From the IMG/VR virus record IMGVR_UViG_3300027533_000034, positions 1-48,526 of that record: 48,526 bases of DNA. One strand, written 5' to 3'. This stretch comes from a virus. Taxonomy: Duplodnaviria > Caudoviricetes. The notes under the pieces are model-generated. The model saw nothing but the letters and a program-made list of their open reading frames with translations, searched no databases and was not told where the DNA came from. Shown one piece after another: positions 35,306 through 43,822 of this stretch (its first letter is position 1; the number at the start of each line of letters is the position of its first letter). The position numbers and the translations under genes were made by a program.

Positions 35306-36318
35306 TATGGTCCTACGTAAACAGGGTAGTCAGTGTGCGCGCCGTCAGTGTGAGTCGCTGGCACGTCCGTGTGCGTGTCGTCATGGGTATCGATATGAGC
35401 CGAGTCAGTATGTGCTAAGTCCCCATGACCGAAGTCGTAATGCGCGTCCTCATGAGCTCTGTCAGTGTGTGCATCAGAGTGACCCGAGTCACTATGGGGC
35501 GCACCATCCCCATGATTGTCGTTGTGTGACTGGTCCGTGTGTGCAACTACGGGAGGCGTATCCGTATGCACATCATCATGCACATCAGAGTGAACATCAT
35601 AATGAATATCATAATGTTGCGTTGGGCCACCCGCACTGTCGTTGTGGTCGAAGTGAGCATCCTGATGCCCTGGATTTGTCGGGTCTGTGTTTGTATAGTC
35701 ATAATGACCATCAAAATGATTCCCAACGCCATTGGCACTATAAGCACCATCCTCATGCCAATCGCTATGTGGGGTATCACCATGAGTATCGCTATGAGGA
35801 GTATCAGTATGAGTGTCACTATGCGCCGTGTCGTCATGCCAGTCAGTATGGGCTACGTCACCGTGAGGCACGTCACTGTGAGTGTCCTGATGAGCGAAGT
35901 CGTCATGCCAGTCGTTATGTGCAGCATCCGAGTGCGGCGTATCACTATGAGGCCCGTCAGCGTGTGTGTCTGTATGAGTATCGCTATGCGGGACACCGAT
36001 GCCGTCGATGTGAGCTATGTCAGTATGGGCCTGATACTTGTTACCGTTCGCAAGCCAGCTCGCGAGATTGTTCTCAATCCACATCGAGCCGGAGATGGAA
36101 CCAACCTTTGGGATTGGATTCACTGCTAGGACTATAACCTCAAGTAAACCCTCACTGATGTAATGAAGATCATTTCCCTCAATCCAGATAGAGCCAACTA
36201 AAGCTCCAGCAGGCGCAGCGATGTAGTTAATCGCAGGATAATACCACTCCTGCCCTGATCCATCGACATAGTGAAGGTCATTGCCTTCAATCCAAATTGA
36301 GCCTGTGACTTTAGGCAT
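35305..36318 (-). CDS. His-x-Asp repeat protein (45 HxD motifs); candidate tail-fibre needle and rSAM substrate
   Basis: Three N-terminal GS(I/M)WIE repeats; every His from residue 98 to 330 is in an H-x-D triplet; TAATG coupled on both sides. Confidence 0.85.
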   Translation of the reverse strand: MPKVTGSIWIEGNDLHYVDGSGQEWYYPAINYIAAPAGALVGSIWIEGNDLHYISEGLLEVIVLAVNPIPKVGSISGSMWIENNLASWLANGNKYQAHTDIAHIDGIGVPHSDTHTDTHADGPHSDTPHSDAAHNDWHDDFAHQDTHSDVPHGDVAHTDWHDDTAHSDTHTDTPHSDTHGDTPHSDWHEDGAYSANGVGNHFDGHYDYTNTDPTNPGHQDAHFDHNDSAGGPTQHYDIHYDVHSDVHDDVHTDTPPVVAHTDQSHNDNHGDGAPHSDSGHSDAHTDRAHEDAHYDFGHGDLAHTDSAHIDTHDDTHTDVPATHTDGAHTDYPVYVGP

Positions 36319-36794
36319 TAGCTCGTCGCGTATCTATCGACACCAAATGGAATCACGAGTGCTTCATGGATATAAACACGCCTAGCCTTTGCTGCATTGC
36401 TTCCGATATCGCAAGCTGCATGAGTATTGAAAATGATGGGGCAGTTTATCGTGAAGGCGGTAAGATTCATGATGGTTCCGCCTGAGATAGAAACAGCGTT
36501 CGAGTTCTGAACTCCCATCGTGCCAATGCCAAGATTGCCACGAGCTGTGGCTGGGTCGCCAGTTCCAGTTCCACCACCCGATACAGCAAGATATTTGAGA
36601 GCAAATCCTAAACCATTATATTCATGAAGTGCATAAGTCGCAGGAGTCAGGCGCACCATTTGAATGGCACCGACTGGAACTCCTCCAACCGGCGCGTTCA
36701 GACACAACGTGATAGCATCAACGTCCCTGTCTTTCGCCTCGTTAACAAAGACGTCATACTGCGTCGTAATGGTAGGATTTGACCAATTAGCCAT
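36318..36794 (-). CDS. Tail-associated protein
   Basis: LAVSGGGTG....ARGNLGIGTM motif typical of phage fibre/tail proteins. Confidence 0.7.
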   Translation of the reverse strand: MANWSNPTITTQYDVFVNEAKDRDVDAITLCLNAPVGGVPVGAIQMVRLTPATYALHEYNGLGFALKYLAVSGGGTGTGDPATARGNLGIGTMGVQNSNAVSISGGTIMNLTAFTINCPIIFNTHAACDIGSNAAKARRVYIHEALVIPFGVDRYATS

Positions 36795-37150
36795 TATCGT
36801 GCCTCAGGCACATCTTCGACGCCAGCCATGATGTTCCAGTCACTACGAATCTGAGCCTGAATGTCAGGGTCTCCAGCAGCACTCACTGTTGCACGTGAGG
36901 CAAAATCGTAAGTCGTCTCGAAGTTGATAACGTTGACTCGATTCACTAGCCACATTGCTGTCTGACCAGCAACTGTCTCGAGATTCGGAATCACTGAATG
37001 CCGTGCATAATCGACACGCTTTTTGTGATCCGGTGTAGTTGGGTCCTCTTCGATGACTTCCCACGCTACGATACTGAGAGCATCTTTCACTCTCCGTCGA
37101 AACGTGAGGTCTTCTGAGAGTGCTTGTTGAGAAGCTGAGTTATTTGGCAT
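36794..37150 (-). CDS. Hypothetical tail-module protein
   Basis: 118-aa ORF coupled to its neighbours. Confidence 0.7.
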   Translation of the reverse strand: MPNNSASQQALSEDLTFRRRVKDALSIVAWEVIEEDPTTPDHKKRVDYARHSVIPNLETVAGQTAMWLVNRVNVINFETTYDFASRATVSAAGDPDIQAQIRSDWNIMAGVEDVPEAR

Positions 37151-37328
37151 TTTCGCGCCTCAAGTCTACAACTCTCTCAGTTCCACGAAGCCGATCGATT
37201 TCCTCTTGCATCTCATTGATTTGCTTGAGGAGTGCCTGAATCTGCTGTTGCTGCTTGAATTTGATAAGCTCTCGCTCTCCGATGAGAAGGAGAAGCTCCT
37301 CGAGATTCGTTTGAATTGGCTCGTTCAT
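37140..37328 (-). CDS. Small coiled-coil protein
   Basis: 62 aa; ATGA overlap with the tail fibre stop. Confidence 0.6.
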   Translation of the reverse strand: MNEPIQTNLEELLLLIGERELIKFKQQQQIQALLKQINEMQEEIDRLRGTERVVDLRRENAK

Positions 37329-38296
37329 CGTTTTTCCAGTCTCTGCTCAAGCGCAGCAAGTCGAGATTCGTGGTCCTGGACTACAGGAACAATGTATGCC
37401 GGAACTCGGTCGTAGGTAACATAGTCAGGCAATCCATCTTTGTCATATGTTACCAATACTGGATCAAGCTCTGCGACTTCCTCTGCGCCGAAACCTGCAA
37501 ATCGACGCTTGTTATCATTCTCAGTCTTACCCCGATAGGTAATCCCGCGAAGTTTCTGAATTACCGCACGAGCAACATCAAGATCAATCGTTTCAATATC
37601 AGTTTTGAAACGTAATGATGAGGTGGAGAGGTAAAGAGGTGCTCCATCACCAGTCTGAACATTAGCAGCAGAGACAGTCCTGGGCCATGTGTTCATCGCG
37701 TAGCCACCAAATACAAAGAGATACCCATCTACCCTTAAGGTCATCTTTGTTTGAGGATTTGTCATATCCAAATCCCACGTTAAGGCATTATTATTTTTTA
37801 CTTGAGACCCCTCAGAATTTACCCAAGAGTTACCCGCCGCACTAAAGATAAAGCCCGCAGAAGAGAATGCACTATTTTCCTGGTTAACGGCAGCTAATGC
37901 AGTCGGATAGTTACGATTTGATACAGCAGCTAATCTAGCTCCATATCCAGTCGCAGCAGGTGCAACGCCCGAACCAATGATTACTGAGCCCTGCCCATCT
38001 ACACGGAAAAGATCAGAGCCTGCTGCACTACGAAGGAATAGACAAGAATCATCCGCTGTAGTTCCAGCCATGACAAACACGCCGAAACTTTGACCGCTAG
38101 CAGTTGTGAGATTACGAAAATCACAAACGTAGTTATTCGGAACTGCACCCGCTAGTGCTATGTTAACAATCCTAGCAGCAAGAGTTATCGAACCTTGTGT
38201 CAGGATAGAAGCATCAAGTCCAAGGGGAGTCCAGACAACTCCATTGTCACTTGACTTCTCAAAGATTTTCGTAGTTCCGTTCCATCGCTGCCACAT
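37325..38296 (-). CDS. Tail fibre/spike with a C-terminal intramolecular chaperone (peptidase S74-like) domain
   Basis: SSLRFKTDIETI...GFGAEEV..L.P.LV.Y...V.YDR...RLAALEQRL; start re-called to the TAATG overlap at 38296. Confidence 0.85.
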   Translation of the reverse strand: MWQRWNGTTKIFEKSSDNGVVWTPLGLDASILTQGSITLAARIVNIALAGAVPNNYVCDFRNLTTASGQSFGVFVMAGTTADDSCLFLRSAAGSDLFRVDGQGSVIIGSGVAPAATGYGARLAAVSNRNYPTALAAVNQENSAFSSAGFIFSAAGNSWVNSEGSQVKNNNALTWDLDMTNPQTKMTLRVDGYLFVFGGYAMNTWPRTVSAANVQTGDGAPLYLSTSSLRFKTDIETIDLDVARAVIQKLRGITYRGKTENDNKRRFAGFGAEEVAELDPVLVTYDKDGLPDYVTYDRVPAYIVPVVQDHESRLAALEQRLEKR

Positions 38297-39828
38297 TAGA
38301 TTATCCCCCTCGCCTTCCAACTCATAGGATATGAGACGCGATTTCCTGAGGAGTCGAGAGCGAATACTCTGAAATAGGTCGGATTCGGTTGGTCAAGAAA
38401 GTCGTAAATTGCCGTGACTGGTTCCTTCGATTCAACGGCAAGCGTTATCGAATCAACATCCTTAAACGCCTTGTTGAAGAAGACTTGCGTTCCGTAGTAG
38501 TCACTAGCTAATGCATCCACGATTCCTGAATCAAGTTCTTTCTTGACGCTCAAACTAATTGTGAGTTGGAACACCTCATGGATAGCCTTGTCGTTCTCAA
38601 GAGTAAACTCCAGTTTCAGCTTCATGAAACGGATACTCTCATAGAACTGCGAGGCACCTTCTACATATGGGGTGTAAGTCACACCATCTAACGACACTGC
38701 CATCCTCACAACGGTAGTCATTCCATATGAGGTCAGTGGTTGTTCAGTCCATGAAACCGTAACAATGTTATTGTTAAACACAGCCCCGTAGTCGTAGGTT
38801 TCCTCATAATACCCAGTCAGCACACCTGGCTGGATATAGATAGGATAACCTGCATCGACTTGGTCCTTTGGGTCAAGCCATGAGCGACTTGTGAAATGTG
38901 TCTGCCAATCTTGTATTGCCCAGCAACAGAGCAGCTTCGGACCTGGCATCCGAACTACCTGATACAGAGTTGATGAGACTGTCAACTCCGCAAAATAGAA
39001 ATGTGGATCTGCTACCTCAAAACCAGGGCGAGGTGCATACTGATAGTTCACATCACCAAATGAAGCAAGTAGCTGAAGATAAACGTAGTGTGGTGGACCG
39101 CTTGTATAAGCACCGAGAGTGCTCACGCGCACAGCTTCGAGTATGAAGTCGGGTGGTGTTGTAAGCGTCGCGCTGACGATACCAATACCACCAGCATTTC
39201 CAGCTACGTCAAACGCCTGAACTGAGTATGTGTAGACCCCACCAATCATCTCAAACCAGACGGTAAAGTTTCCCTTCAACCGCCCAATCTCAGACTCACC
39301 CCGCCTGAGGATGTAGTAATCGATAGCAAACGCGCTACTCGGGACTGTCCAATTCAGCAGGACGTTGTTATCAATAACCTGCGCCGTGACCGAGGGTGCT
39401 CCTCCGACTGGAATCACAACGGTAAGCGTCGTCATATCGAGAGAGTATAACCCACCAGCGGATATACTCTTCAACATGAAGTAGTGAGTGCCCTCAAGCA
39501 TCGGGGGAAGGTCAGCCTGTTGTGAAGTTGTCCTCACAGCAAAGAAGCCAGTATCCCACTCCGTGCCTTCACGAATCTCGTATCGAGGTGCTCCCTCTAC
39601 CTGGTTCCACTTCATCCTGACCGTGAGCGGGGTCAGTTCGTAGATGAATCCAGTGGGAGCAACTGGTGGGACATCAGCAAGCTCTTGGTCCTCAGATTGC
39701 CGGACGAGTGGAAAGAGGTCGTTTTCGACCGTCAACATCCGCTCGTTCAATAGCATAAGAGCTTGATAGAGTTTGGGGTCCTCTATCTGTAGCCCTGCTA
39801 TGAGGGTTGTGATGTCCTGATTAGCCAT
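38296..39828 (-). CDS. Tail protein with fibronectin-III-like domains
   Basis: PP.APTG...MKWNQV...YEIR and LLNWTVP...YYILR...YTYSVQAFDVAGN patterns. Confidence 0.7.
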   Translation of the reverse strand: MANQDITTLIAGLQIEDPKLYQALMLLNERMLTVENDLFPLVRQSEDQELADVPPVAPTGFIYELTPLTVRMKWNQVEGAPRYEIREGTEWDTGFFAVRTTSQQADLPPMLEGTHYFMLKSISAGGLYSLDMTTLTVVIPVGGAPSVTAQVIDNNVLLNWTVPSSAFAIDYYILRRGESEIGRLKGNFTVWFEMIGGVYTYSVQAFDVAGNAGGIGIVSATLTTPPDFILEAVRVSTLGAYTSGPPHYVYLQLLASFGDVNYQYAPRPGFEVADPHFYFAELTVSSTLYQVVRMPGPKLLCCWAIQDWQTHFTSRSWLDPKDQVDAGYPIYIQPGVLTGYYEETYDYGAVFNNNIVTVSWTEQPLTSYGMTTVVRMAVSLDGVTYTPYVEGASQFYESIRFMKLKLEFTLENDKAIHEVFQLTISLSVKKELDSGIVDALASDYYGTQVFFNKAFKDVDSITLAVESKEPVTAIYDFLDQPNPTYFRVFALDSSGNRVSYPMSWKARGII

Positions 39829-41670
39829 CTATTCAGGTCTCGTTTCCCACTCGACTGACCCATACAAACAGTATTTTGTCAGTCGGAACTTCTCACCGAA
39901 GCCATCCACCCCAAACTTTACACTTGCCCGTTCGTTGACGAAATTGAACCCCCTGAACAGTCCCCGACCGGGTGCGACTGATAGTAACAGCGAGGGAGGA
40001 AACTGAGTTTGCACTCCATCCTCACCAGACACCATTATATCTAGAACACCAATTCCCTTTGCTCGGATGCGGGTGCCGGTAAAGTGCCAGACTCGCTCGT
40101 CATCCTCTTGGGGTAGATGACCGAACTGCACATACGAATTGATAGCGACGTTGTTATCGTCTGTGCGCGTCAGGTCGAGTTTGTAAATCTTCCCGTTAAG
40201 CGAACCAAACTTGAACAGTCCCTCTTTTTTCACTTCATCCAGATCAACGATGACCGTCGTCGGGAAGGTGGGGAATGTCCAGGTAGTCCACTTTATTTTG
40301 TCCATACCCTCCTGATAATCTCCCACGAGCAGATGACTAGGAGAAGTGGCACTATCCAGTGGGACTGCGCAAAAAACCAGGTAAGCATACGGGTCTACCA
40401 CTACTTCGATGGTGTGGAAGTATCTCTTATTGATTTTCGCCCACAGCGTATCGATGTCAAAGCTGATGACGGCATCGGAGAATGTGCCGTTAAAGAGCTG
40501 GAGACCCTGTCGGTTGGCAACGAAAAGTCTATCTTCTGTCCCGTCGCCAAAGTCCCTAATCTTTCCGAGAGCGTGGCATGAGCACCCCATTGAGGGGTCA
40601 ATGTCATCGACTTTCCAGAACGCCGCGTTAAAACCGTTGTCCATCGTGACATAGGTGCGCTCGTCTTTGAAGCAGATAAGCTGCGTCCGGTATGTCGCGA
40701 GGTTGGTTACTCCACCTCCAGAATCTCCTGGATTAACCGTGACGTAGCCTTCAATTGCATCGTGAGATTCTGGACTACCGACGTTTGAAACTCTGACAAT
40801 GGCCGGGCTGAGATTTTCTCCAGCAACACAGAGGCGTCCCCGATAGTTTCGGATACACACTCCAGCCGGAATTTCTCCAAGTTGGTCCAATAGAAAATCG
40901 GCTGATGCTTGGAGGTCAGCGTCGAAGAAGGAAACGGTAGCGGTAGTTGTGACGTTTCCAGTAATCCGTCCACCGGGGATGAAGAAGTATTCTTGGTTCT
41001 GGTAGTCACCTTTATAATCCTCAATCATCTTGGTGGCAACCAACACTCTGGCTACGGTGCCAGTGGGACCGGGCTGGATGTTGGAGACGTCTACCTTTTT
41101 CTCACCAACTGGACTGAACGCAGAGAATCCACCCGGTTTAGACAGAAAACCACTAACGGTCTCATTACATACAGCGAAGACGTGCGTGCCCGGCTCACAG
41201 AATCCCGAATCCGCAGAATCGGCCAACGACAAGGTAAAACCACTTGGAGCGTTTCCACCCGCGGGACGGGCCAGTCCGGAACCTTCATATACATAGACAC
41301 GTTCTCCCGGCAGTCCCGTTACGCCGTTGTGTGGAGTGATGTAAGCGCGGTTATACATCGTCTCCATTGAGAAGTCTGTCATCGCGACGATAGAGAGGAT
41401 AGGGGCACCCATGTTTACCGAGTCCCAAAGGTTCCCACCGATGTCAAGAATCAGTAAACGCTGAGCTTCCCCTATCCTTTTGTAGATGGCTATGCGACGA
41501 ATGCCATCCTTATCTAGGTCGACACTAGTCCCCTCACGAGTCTCTACCGCGTTCGTCAAGAAACGAACATTCCGGGAATCCTTGAAGTATCCCGGTGGCA
41601 CAGAATCATCCTCTCCCCGGTCAAACGTCCCGAGGAACTGGCGAATCGTGATGGGTTCGTGGTCTCTCAT
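39829..41670 (-). CDS. Tail tubular/nozzle (stabilisation) protein
   Basis: About 613 aa, beta-rich, follows the adaptor gene; start re-called to MRDHEP at 41670. Confidence 0.65.
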   Translation of the reverse strand: MRDHEPITIRQFLGTFDRGEDDSVPPGYFKDSRNVRFLTNAVETREGTSVDLDKDGIRRIAIYKRIGEAQRLLILDIGGNLWDSVNMGAPILSIVAMTDFSMETMYNRAYITPHNGVTGLPGERVYVYEGSGLARPAGGNAPSGFTLSLADSADSGFCEPGTHVFAVCNETVSGFLSKPGGFSAFSPVGEKKVDVSNIQPGPTGTVARVLVATKMIEDYKGDYQNQEYFFIPGGRITGNVTTTATVSFFDADLQASADFLLDQLGEIPAGVCIRNYRGRLCVAGENLSPAIVRVSNVGSPESHDAIEGYVTVNPGDSGGGVTNLATYRTQLICFKDERTYVTMDNGFNAAFWKVDDIDPSMGCSCHALGKIRDFGDGTEDRLFVANRQGLQLFNGTFSDAVISFDIDTLWAKINKRYFHTIEVVVDPYAYLVFCAVPLDSATSPSHLLVGDYQEGMDKIKWTTWTFPTFPTTVIVDLDEVKKEGLFKFGSLNGKIYKLDLTRTDDNNVAINSYVQFGHLPQEDDERVWHFTGTRIRAKGIGVLDIMVSGEDGVQTQFPPSLLLSVAPGRGLFRGFNFVNERASVKFGVDGFGEKFRLTKYCLYGSVEWETRPE

Positions 41671-41671
41671 G

Positions 41672-41962
41672 CTACAGCCCTGAGACGATAGACCATTTTC
41701 CGAGCGAACGCACCCATACGAGAATCGTGGGACGATTCGCAACCGTCGTCAGGCCGACGAGAATGTTCCCCGAAGTTCCGAGGACGACTGGAACTGCCGT
41801 GAACAGGATGAGCTGCTGGCACTGGCTGATACCAACCCCCTTGGGGATGATGGTATTGATAGCTACCGCACCCGTAGCTATGACGATGTCGGTGGCTGCC
41901 TCAATCGTAGCTGCCGCTACGACTGTCGATTCGGACAGCCTTGCAGTTTTTCCAGGAATCAT
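41672..41962 (-). CDS. Small virion-associated protein
   Basis: 96 aa, GGAGG RBS, hydrophobic beta-type composition. Confidence 0.65.
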   Translation of the reverse strand: MIPGKTARLSESTVVAAATIEAATDIVIATGAVAINTIIPKGVGISQCQQLILFTAVPVVLGTSGNILVGLTTVANRPTILVWVRSLGKWSIVSGL

Positions 41963-41995
41963 TTTTTACCCTCCACCACCTAATGATTCAGTTAT

Positions 41996-42646
41996 CTAAC
42001 GACGGTATCTGTTAACGCCCCTCCTAACACCGATACCCTGTTGGCGCTTTGCCAGGATACCGATAAGTTCGTCGAGAGCGCCACCTGCATCAGCCCCTAG
42101 AGCATTCGCTCTTTGAGGATTTGCTCCGAGCGTAAGAGCAGCGAGAGCCGCTGTCCGTGATGCAAGAAACGTCACGGCGTTGTTGACGAGAATCACACTC
42201 CCTACAGCTGTAATTCTCGGGAACCCCTTCATGAAGCGAATCTTGACTTCGCGGGGCACCGTAGCACCCACGAATTTAATCTCCTCTTCACGCCAGCTCC
42301 AGAATCCCAGCGTGTTTCCAGGTTTCGTCTCTTTCTCCCAGAAGGTTTCCGTCATGGGAGAGTAAAGAGCCGTTGACCCAGCAGCACGCTCTGCCAGTTC
42401 TGTAGGATAGACCAGACTATCTGGTAGTCCAGCTCCGTCCGCAAGCTGCGTCACACCCGCTGCTACCGGAACCGCTGCAACTGACTCCTTCAGAACTGGC
42501 AGACTGTTCAGCATCATCCGAGTTTGAAGCTCGCGATATGCCTTCTGCATCAGCGGCAACACCTTGTCATCTGGGTAGATTGTCCCAGATGGGTCGTTGA
42601 GCAGCACCTTACACTCGGTAAGGGGTTCCTGTGCAGTGTAAGCCAT
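41996..42646 (-). CDS. Head-tail adaptor / tail tubular protein A-like
   Basis: 216 aa; position downstream of the capsid and upstream of the nozzle gene. Confidence 0.6.
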   Translation of the reverse strand: MAYTAQEPLTECKVLLNDPSGTIYPDDKVLPLMQKAYRELQTRMMLNSLPVLKESVAAVPVAAGVTQLADGAGLPDSLVYPTELAERAAGSTALYSPMTETFWEKETKPGNTLGFWSWREEEIKFVGATVPREVKIRFMKGFPRITAVGSVILVNNAVTFLASRTAALAALTLGANPQRANALGADAGGALDELIGILAKRQQGIGVRRGVNRYRR

Positions 42647-42648
42647 TG

Positions 42649-43293
42649 TTAGCTCGCCTGTGCAAACTTCCGCTTTTTGTATTCTTCTTCATTGAGAATC
42701 GCGTTGCAGGAGCGGCAGACGAGAGCCTTCGGATGCACCTTGCCAAAGCATACGGGGCACTCGCTCATGGAAGCCGTAACTTCCGCGTCGATGAGCCACT
42801 CTCGTTCGAGTTTCAGCTCCATCGCTGCAATCTTCTGCATCTTGGAGACCATCGAGCGCTGCTTGAACTTGCTCCACACGTCATCTGCGAGCGCCACGCA
42901 CGACTTGAACCAGTTGATCTGCTTCGCGTGCGCGTCTCGAAACTCAGCCTGATGACGCGCGACGAGTTCCTTGTGCTTGTCAACGTGCTGGAAGTCTCCG
43001 GGCACCCAGAACAAGCCCGGTTCAGCCTCGCCGACAACCAGACCGAGCTGACCTCTCTTATAATCGTAGCAGATGGCCTCCGCTACTTCCTCGGGCGACG
43101 TTGGCACCACGAGAACCGGCCTGAACTCATCCAGGTAAACTCCGTGGCGACAGCCAGTCACGAGAAGCGCCGAGAACAAGCCCTTCGGAGCAGGCTCGAT
43201 GTAGAAACGTGAGGGAGTCATCCCCGGTTTCGACTCGTCGATGAGAAATGGGACGAGCGAAACAACTGTCGCTGCGTTATCGGGCATCGGCAA
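42649..43293 (-). CDS. Hypothetical protein with a C-terminal Zn ribbon
   Basis: CPVC...CRSC near the C-terminus. Confidence 0.75.
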   Translation of the reverse strand: MPMPDNAATVVSLVPFLIDESKPGMTPSRFYIEPAPKGLFSALLVTGCRHGVYLDEFRPVLVVPTSPEEVAEAICYDYKRGQLGLVVGEAEPGLFWVPGDFQHVDKHKELVARHQAEFRDAHAKQINWFKSCVALADDVWSKFKQRSMVSKMQKIAAMELKLEREWLIDAEVTASMSECPVCFGKVHPKALVCRSCNAILNEEEYKKRKFAQAS

Positions 43294-43813
43294 ACCTCTT
43301 TGTTGAGTCTATAAAGGCACTATTCTCGGATGCAAACAGAGGAGAGCGGCCTTGGTCCGCTAAAACGTCCTCGAAGTAGGCAACTTCGCTCTCTTTTATC
43401 TTCTCATCTTGCGCTTTCCAGTCAGCATCGGTCAATTTGATGCCCATAGGCTTTGCCTCGGCAAAATCAACGACCAAACTGACCGCTCTCCAGTTGAGCG
43501 GGAGGAACTGGCCCTCAGAATCCTTCAGGATGTAGATTGGCTCGTAACTTCCCGCTTTTTCAGAGATAATCTCCTTATTCGGGATGTAAAATAGCCGTTC
43601 TATGACCCATCTGTCCTTATCGTATGGGTATTTCGGGACATCCTGTATCCCGATAGTCTTCCGTAGAAAGATGGACCCGTAAAACTCGTTAAATTCCCCG
43701 AACCTCCTCTCGATTTGAGAGGAAGTCCAGGAAACTCGGAAACGAGGACGACCGTCTAGCTCACTACCGTAGTAGAGAGCCAGACGTTCGTTGATTATCT
43801 CCAACTCGGTCAT
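43277..43813 (-). CDS. Hypothetical protein downstream of the capsid gene
   Basis: 178-aa ORF in the structural operon. Confidence 0.75.
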   Translation of the reverse strand: MTELEIINERLALYYGSELDGRPRFRVSWTSSQIERRFGEFNEFYGSIFLRKTIGIQDVPKYPYDKDRWVIERLFYIPNKEIISEKAGSYEPIYILKDSEGQFLPLNWRAVSLVVDFAEAKPMGIKLTDADWKAQDEKIKESEVAYFEDVLADQGRSPLFASENSAFIDSTKRFADAR

Positions 43814-43822
43814 GACGCTCGA

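Noticed and set aside
35268-36137. Long plus-strand and alternate-frame ORFs over the HxD gene (289 aa, 196 aa, 96 aa)
   Set aside because: Shadow frames produced by the low-complexity His/Asp codon repeats; no RBS or coupling, and the plus-strand ones are antisense to the operon.
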